This document shows positions 35,680 to 38,752 of a stretch of DNA of 38,752 bases, in pieces. This stretch comes from Octopus bimaculoides (taxonomy: Eukaryota). The stretch lies in contig NC_068981.1 in assembly GCF_001194135.2 (NCBI RefSeq), forward strand, positions 193,829,142 to 193,867,893, in the 5' to 3' direction. The notes beneath the pieces were generated by a model that made no database searches, was not told the origin of the DNA, and saw nothing but the letters and a program-made list of their open reading frames with translations. The translations under genes and the position numbers were made by a program. Positions within the stretch are counted from its first letter, which is position 1. Each line of letters begins with the position of its first letter.

Positions 35680-36720
35680 TTATTTTATATATATATATAT
35701 ATATATATTTTATATTTATTATATATATATATTATATTTATTATATACATATATATATATTTATATATATCCACAACAGGCATTTTCCAGCATCCACTGA
35801 AGGCTAAGTTCTTCTTATAGACATTATGAGCAATAACATACCATTGGGCTATGAATAATATCACTGTACCATAAGACACATGCATTTCTGTACTATTGCA
35901 AATCATCAGTTATAGATACTGAATCCTTATTTGTGGCAACTAAGAACTTGTTCTTATGTTACAACAATAAATTAGCTCTTTTGCTCATGTGTGCAAAGCT
36001 TTGTTATGCTGGAATTAATTAATTAGAGGGGTTGAATGAAACATAGGTGTGTACATCATCATTGTTTAACATCTGCTTTCCATGCTGGCATGGGTTGGAT
36101 GGTTTGACTGAAAACTGGTAAACTGGAGGGGGGGAGCTGCACCAGGCTCCTGTCTGATTTGGTAAGGTTTCTACAGCTGGATGCCCTTCCTAACGCCATC
36201 TACTCCGAGAGTGTAGTGGGAGCTTTTTACATGCTACCAGCACAGGTGCTATTGACCTGACACCAACATCGGCAACATCTATGGTCTTGGCTCAACAGGT
36301 CAACACAAGCACAGTATATCATTACTGCTTCCATGAGGCCCAACTCTCAAATGGTACTTTTACGTACCACCAGCATGGGTGCCAATCAGACGGCACTAGC
36401 ATACATTTATATCTAACATGTCTATGCACAATCAGAAATGAAAAGGCAACATGCTGCTAACTTAATCTTGCTTGACTATTTCACATTTATTTATTTATTT
36501 TTTTGTCTCTTTCAGGTGTGTGAACTCAGCGAAATGCCCCGCTGCCCTTGCAAATGAGAGTTTGGACAAGAAAGCCAAAATGAACAATGTTTTAAACAAT
36601 GCCCCTGCTTCATACAAAGGTGTTTTACTTAGTATAAAGAAGGGCAACTATTATTACTTGTGCAGTCGAAACAACAACTTCACTAACAGGAGCCAGAAGG
36701 GGGTCATTCATGTGAAATAA
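14150..36720 (+). CDS. DD3-3: DD3-3-like secreted protein, multi-exon gene. Visible CDS join: 14150-14305, 15849-15926, 16047-16215, 17015-17197, 18289-18475, 19790-19953, 21915-22065, [probable exon in gap], 26004-26060, 28502-28782, 30001-30054, 34499-34670, 36516-36720
   Basis: All 12 exons have AG/GT borders and matching phases (0,0,1,1,2,1,2,2,1,1,2), giving one open frame of 1857 nt ending in TAA at 36718-36720. N-terminal signal peptide is present. Motifs I recognise from DD3-3-family proteins: [112 protein letters not shown]. Confidence 0.93.
14430..14590. repeat. 14-bp minisatellite (TTCACCTATCACTG-like, about 4-5 copies) followed by imperfect (GGT)n
   Basis: Seen directly in the intron after coding exon 1. 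Confidence 0.85.
14610..14920 (-). mobile_element. SINE family B, degraded
   Basis: TTTTGCTGAACCGCTAAGTTAC...GGGCTTCTTTCAGTTTCCGTCTACCAAATCCACTCA...GGGACTGAACCC. Confidence 0.7.
15112..15822 (+). mobile_element. Composite SINE: family A head, six ~66-bp tandem units, family C tail ending in (GAT)n
   Basis: Family A head at 15112-15275. The GTGGCA(C/T)(A/G)TAAAAAGCA unit recurs at spacings of 71, 66, 66, 61 and 66 bp. Tail GGTGTTAGGAAGGGCATCCAGCCGTAGAAA...CATGCCAGCATGG...(GAT)n. Confidence 0.8.
15849..15926 (+). CDS. DD3-3: DD3-3-like coding exon 2 ([11 protein letters not shown]...QYQM)
   Basis: Acceptor ctcttcag, donor ATG|GTGAGC, 78 nt, phase 0-0. Continues the LFDSQ|NNNKGGY motif. Confidence 0.92.
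16047..16215 (+). CDS. DD3-3: DD3-3-like coding exon 3 (KYFQS...EWVNQHGCG...CNLVLQYMC)
   Basis: Acceptor tttcag after a pyrimidine tract, donor CTG|GTCAGT, 169 nt, phase 0-1. Confidence 0.92.
17015..17197 (+). CDS. DD3-3: DD3-3-like coding exon 4 ([10 protein letters not shown]...[20 protein letters not shown])
   Basis: Acceptor ttacag, donor ATG|GTAAGT, 183 nt, phase 1-1. Absent from the ORF track because it has no in-frame start. Confidence 0.92.
17820..18090 (-). mobile_element. Family C retroelement tail ((CAT)n end)
   Basis: (CAT)n-TTTAAC..TCCATGCTGGCATGGGTTGGA...GCCCTTCCTAATGCCAACCAC. Confidence 0.72.
18289..18475 (+). CDS. DD3-3: DD3-3-like coding exon 5 (GLFTADQNL...[32 protein letters not shown])
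   Basis: Acceptor catttcag, donor CA|GTAAGT, 187 nt, phase 1-2. Confidence 0.94.
18761..19110 (-). mobile_element. Family C retroelement
   Basis: Closely similar to 28891-29148 and to the reverse complement of 34830-35113. Confidence 0.8.
19269..19490 (-). mobile_element. Mariner-type transposon 3' remnant
   Basis: TA plus TIR-like TGAGGCCTGATCAAAAAAGTATC at 19269. The minus strand reads [49 protein letters not shown], a typical mariner C-terminus (W..C....G.YFE). Confidence 0.75.
19790..19953 (+). CDS. DD3-3: DD3-3-like coding exon 6 (SYRDKSFN...CVE...[15 protein letters not shown]...EKAP)
   Basis: Acceptor tttgcag, donor C|GTAAGT, 164 nt, phase 2-1. Confidence 0.9.
20031..20735 (+). mobile_element. 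Two tandem or nested SINE family B copies with internal (TG)n and (TA)n arrays
   Basis: Heads at 20031 and about 20355, shared GGATTTGGTAGATGGAAACTGAA motif, tail ending GACTGAAACAAGTAAAAG. Confidence 0.78.
21010..21455 (+). mobile_element. Two tandem SINE family A copies (tail ii, then tail i)
   Basis: Heads at about 21012 and 21229; tails end CCTAGAATAGAAAAG and GGGCAATAAAGAAATAA. Confidence 0.8.
21540..21855. repeat. Long imperfect (ACC/ATC)n trinucleotide tract
   Basis: Seen directly; the source of the Thr-rich spurious ORF 21506..21880. Confidence 0.9.
21915..22065 (+). CDS. DD3-3: DD3-3-like coding exon 7 (YKTAEEC...[19 protein letters not shown])
   Basis: Acceptor ttcttccag, donor CG|GTAAGT, 151 nt, phase 1-2. 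Not in the ORF track in this frame. Confidence 0.9.
22115..23444 (-). mobile_element. Tc1-like DNA transposon copy 2, full length with both TIRs, frameshifted, in the intron after coding exon 7
   Basis: 29-bp TIRs at 22115-22143 and 23416-23444 (27/29 match), TA at 23445-23446. Transposase runs 23258 to 22167 across several frames ([10 protein letters not shown]...SDESSF...[15 protein letters not shown]...KGGPTPY*). Same family as copy 1. Confidence 0.95.
23905..24118 (-). mobile_element. SINE family A (tail ii), full length with TSD
   Basis: TSD acagttatatctta (23891-23904) / acagttatagctta (24120-24133). Confidence 0.82.
25050..25575 (-). mobile_element. Family C retroelement with internal degenerate tandem units
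   Basis: (CAT)n end, GGATGCCCTTCCTAAC motif, repeated TTTTACATGCCACTGGCAC units. Confidence 0.75.
25733..25924. mobile_element. piggyBac-like MITE (192 bp)
   Basis: TTAA at 25729-25732 and 25925-25928 flank termini CCCTTTC and GAAAGAG (6/7 inverted match). No coding capacity. Confidence 0.6.
26004..26060 (+). CDS. DD3-3: DD3-3-like coding exon ([20 protein letters not shown])
   Basis: Acceptor ttgtttttcag, donor GG|GTAAGT, 57 nt, phase 2-2, conserved YNISTDDY motif. Confidence 0.9.
26529..26744 (-). mobile_element. SINE family A (tail ii), diverged
   Basis: GGCAAAGTCAACCTTGGTGGAATTTGAAC...CAGCTCACCGCCTT. Confidence 0.75.
26846..27227 (+). mobile_element. 5'-truncated R4/Dong-like non-LTR retrotransposon (RLE endonuclease C-terminus plus 3'UTR) in a (TAA)n tract
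   Basis: [29 protein letters not shown]...W...IPIIVDALG...[16 protein letters not shown] (stop 27125-27127) matches the RLE-type C-terminus. Flanked by (AAT)n at 26746-26845 and 27228-27248. Confidence 0.85.
27274..27351 (+). mobile_element. Second short copy of the same R4/Dong-like fragment
   Basis: Near-identical to 26850-26927 (gctttctaattgatgtatcaataccagcagatgacaa...aaatacaaag). Broken by the foldback element. Confidence 0.85.
27353..27812. mobile_element. Head-to-head inverted pair of tRNA-headed units with (AAT)n and a Penelope-like, hammerhead-like 3' part
   Basis: 27353-27543 is the reverse complement of 27550-27706, apart from a ~29-bp tandem duplication in the left arm. Each arm has an A box (TGGCGTAGTGG-like) and B box (GAGTTCGATTCC-like). 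The right arm carries CTGATGA-A-GGCTG..CAGCC-GAAAC (27698-27730). Confidence 0.75.
28150..28465. repeat. Long imperfect (ATC/ACC)n trinucleotide tract
   Basis: Seen directly; the source of the poly-His, poly-Ile and poly-Met spurious ORFs. Confidence 0.9.
28502..28782 (+). CDS. DD3-3: DD3-3-like coding exon (NKKSP...[16 protein letters not shown]...[11 protein letters not shown]...EYDFVP...HIQWT)
   Basis: Acceptor ttgttgcag, donor AG|GTTAGT, 281 nt, phase 2-1. Confidence 0.94.
28891..29148 (-). mobile_element. Family C retroelement
   Basis: (CAT)n-CGTTTAACGTCCGCTTTCCATGCTAGCATGGGTTGGACG; closely similar to the reverse complement of 34830-35113. Confidence 0.8.
29432..29752. repeat. (ATT)n microsatellite tracts
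   Basis: Arrays at about 29432-29555 and 29670-29752. Confidence 0.9.
30001..30054 (+). CDS. DD3-3: DD3-3-like coding exon ([18 protein letters not shown])
   Basis: Acceptor ctgtttacag, donor CCG|GTAAGG, 54 nt, phase 1-1. Bridges QWT|GSNTHN and GNA|GTDR. Confidence 0.88.
31500..31805 (-). mobile_element. SINE family B copy carrying a ~140-bp GC-rich insertion
   Basis: Family B sequence is interrupted between duplicated ggtctgaacc (31599-31608) and ggactgaacc (31748-31757). Confidence 0.65.
32628..32870 (-). mobile_element. Decayed RTE-clade LINE fragment (RT C-terminal/thumb region)
   Basis: Frameshifted minus-strand peptide [12 protein letters not shown]...[21 protein letters not shown]...VIARIRTG resembles the RTE 'LE.V..F.YLGD.I......V..RI' motif. 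Confidence 0.7.
32917..33090 (+). mobile_element. SINE family B 5' half
   Basis: GGTGCAGGAGTGGCTGTGTGGTAAGTAGCTTGC...CACCTTGGGCAAGTG...GAAGCCCGTCG(TA)n. A matching tail follows at about 33860-34055. Confidence 0.82.
34499..34670 (+). CDS. DD3-3: DD3-3-like coding exon (GTDRNNIVQ...LASSGYY)
   Basis: Acceptor attttcag, donor AC|GTATGC, 172 nt, phase 1-2. Confidence 0.92.
34830..35113 (+). mobile_element. Family C retroelement, sense orientation, in the last intron
   Basis: GGCGTTAGGAAGGGCATCCAGCTGTAGAAAC...GCATGGAAAGCGGACGTTAAAC(GAT)n. Confidence 0.8.
35192..35390. mobile_element. Degenerate piggyBac-like MITE
   Basis: TTAA-CCCTC left end (35188-35196) and AATGCTAAAG-TTGA right end. The ends are eroded, so the call is tentative. 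Confidence 0.4.
36054..36400 (-). mobile_element. Family C retroelement, antisense, in the last intron
   Basis: CATCATCATTGTTTAACATCTGCTTTCCATGCTGGCATGGGTTGGA...GGATGCCCTTCCTAACGCC. Confidence 0.75.
36516..36720 (+). CDS. DD3-3: DD3-3-like last coding exon (CVNSAKC...LNNAPASY...[23 protein letters not shown])
   Basis: Acceptor tctctttcag, 205 nt, phase 2 to stop TAA at 36718-36720. Confidence 0.93.
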
Positions 36721-37016
36721 CTGAATGTCTCTTCTCAGTTTACTGCTTGGCAAGAAGGAATGTTATCTTCAACGATTTAAGAGTTCTTGCTAACATTTGT
36801 TTGTTTTGTCTTTAACTTTGAAATCACACACACACACACATACACACACACACACACACAACTAGATAGATAAATGGTTTTCTTTTCACTATGTTCTTTA
36901 CAACTAACATACTTTTAGCTAACTCAGCCCTTTTTATTTTATATGTATTTTCTTGATATTTCAATCATGATCACTATTTGCACAGGTAAGCACACACACA
37001 CACACACACACAGGTG

Positions 37017-37048
<32 letters not shown>

Positions 37049-38063
37049 CATACACTTATAAATGTATGTGTGCATGTATATCTGTACGTATTGGTGTCAG
37101 TTATGTTCACAGCAAAAGGTAAAAAATAGTCAATACATTAGACAGAATTTGTATATTTTATTTGAGGATAAATTGAATCATTCCTCCAAATTTCTTGCTG
37201 GTGATTATACAAATGAAACTTTTGTATAATTTTCAATATAAACCTCAGAATAATGATCCGAGAAGCTTGAAATGCACAGACACACATACATGCACATGCA
37301 CATGCACAATCATTTCTAAAACACTGACATAGGCTATTATTGCTATGATTTATGGAAATAACATTGCTATTGATATGGTACATGGACAGAGTGCGGAATG
37401 CACTTTTGCTCAAGGACAAGATGCCGAAAAGACATACGAAAATTAAAATGTATATGATAATCATTTTATTCCTACAATATGACCATTTGACACACTGAAT
37501 TGGTCATTAAACCATGTAGGTAGGAATGAGTTTTTGTTATTATTATTATTGTGTCTATTCAGCTTTATGTCTGTTCAGCATTGTGTCCGTTCGTCTTCTT
37601 GGCTTTGGCTTCAGGTCCTTCAGCAAATGTGCATTCAGCATCCTGTCCAAGCATGATTGATACACTTCCTCTAACTGTAAAATTTCATATCATTGCTATT
37701 ATACCATTAACAGTATTAACTTCAAATGTGTTACTACAAGAGTTCACATTTTCTTTCTTTTGTCGCTTGCAGTTTAGGATTGTATTAGTTATATCTACGA
37801 GAGGCCAAACATTTATATGCCTATTTACTACCCTTTGATCGTAACCATAGGCTAACTTAGTATATATATATATATACATAGTTTCATGCACCTGAAGATT
37901 GCATGAAGACACCAGACATGTTATAGAATGTTGTCTGTGTTGTTTTCGTTGTATGAAACTATTGGCAGCTCATGAAAATATATTCTGTGTTCATTAAATA
38001 ATAGCTATCTCTCACATGATGGAACACCCTTTTTGCAGTTCTTACCTTCACAGTACAGTTTAC

Positions 38064-38094
<31 letters not shown>

Positions 38095-38277
38095 TTATAC
38101 ATACATATGAATTTAATTTATGTGAGACTGTAGCTTCACACGATCTATTTTTGAGTCAAATATTGGTTCTAACATCTTTGGTGAACTAAAGGGCTGCTTA
38201 AACAAGTCTGCAGTTCATGTGTATGATCACTGTTTACAGCACGCGCACACACGCACACACACATATATGTATGTATG

Positions 38278-38279
<2 letters not shown>

Positions 38280-38309
<30 letters not shown>

Positions 38310-38310
38310 T

Positions 38311-38341
<31 letters not shown>

Positions 38342-38385
38342 TACAGATATAGACATACATATACATACCTACAAACATACATACT

Positions 38386-38417
<32 letters not shown>

Positions 38418-38579
38418 TGTGCCCGATTTTATACACTTCCAACAAAATATACAATTTTACAGCAACTGTATTGAATACGTTTGATTATATATTATTCTTT
38501 GTTCGTAATTAAAATAACAATTGCCTTCCTGGCATGAATCTTAACAGTATGAAGTTGTCATTTTCTTTCACTACAATAG

Positions 38580-38650
<71 letters not shown>
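38280..38650. repeat. Compound microsatellites (TA/GA/GACA/TACA) and (CA)n
   Basis: Seen directly at about 38270-38420 and 38585-38647. Confidence 0.9.
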
Positions 38651-38654
<4 letters not shown>

Positions 38655-38752
38655 GTATATATATTTGTATATGTAACGTAATAGTTTAGAAAAAAACCAT
38701 TGGTTTCATATCTAGCATGATTTCAGCATCTCTTCAGTTTCTCTAAACGATA

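Noticed and set aside
36721-38752. Polyadenylation site of the DD3-3-like gene (ATTAAA at about 37993 and 38507)
   Set aside because: The hexamers occur at chance frequency in this AT-rich sequence; the 3' end cannot be placed without RNA data.

Overview
Eukaryotic, AT-rich genomic DNA saturated with microsatellites and SINEs, with many N gaps. The repeat landscape looks like an Octopus (cephalopod) genome; this is an inference. There is one protein-coding gene, on the + strand: a secreted DD3-3-family protein (homologue of Dictyostelium DD3-3). I reconstructed 12 visible coding exons between 14150 and 36720. All have GT-AG borders and compatible phases, giving 1857 nt, or 618 aa plus stop. 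One conserved internal exon appears to be missing and probably lies in the 680-N gap at 24211-24890. A candidate TATA/Inr promoter and 40-nt non-coding first exon lie about 9 kb upstream (5215-5286). The rest is mobile DNA: two copies of a Tc1-like transposon with DD36E spacing, mariner, hAT, Tx1/L1, RTE and R4/Dong fragments, TTAA-flanked piggyBac-like MITEs, and about 35 copies of several tRNA-derived SINE families. The most unusual items are a ~355-bp foldback of tRNA-headed, hammerhead-ribozyme-like (Penelope-type) units in an intron, a possible cupredoxin-like metal-site signature in the DD3-3 C-terminus, and a modular SINE head used with three different tails. Nearly all ORFs in the supplied track are artefacts of microsatellites or N runs. 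Repeat boundaries are approximate unless termini or target-site duplications (TSDs) are quoted.
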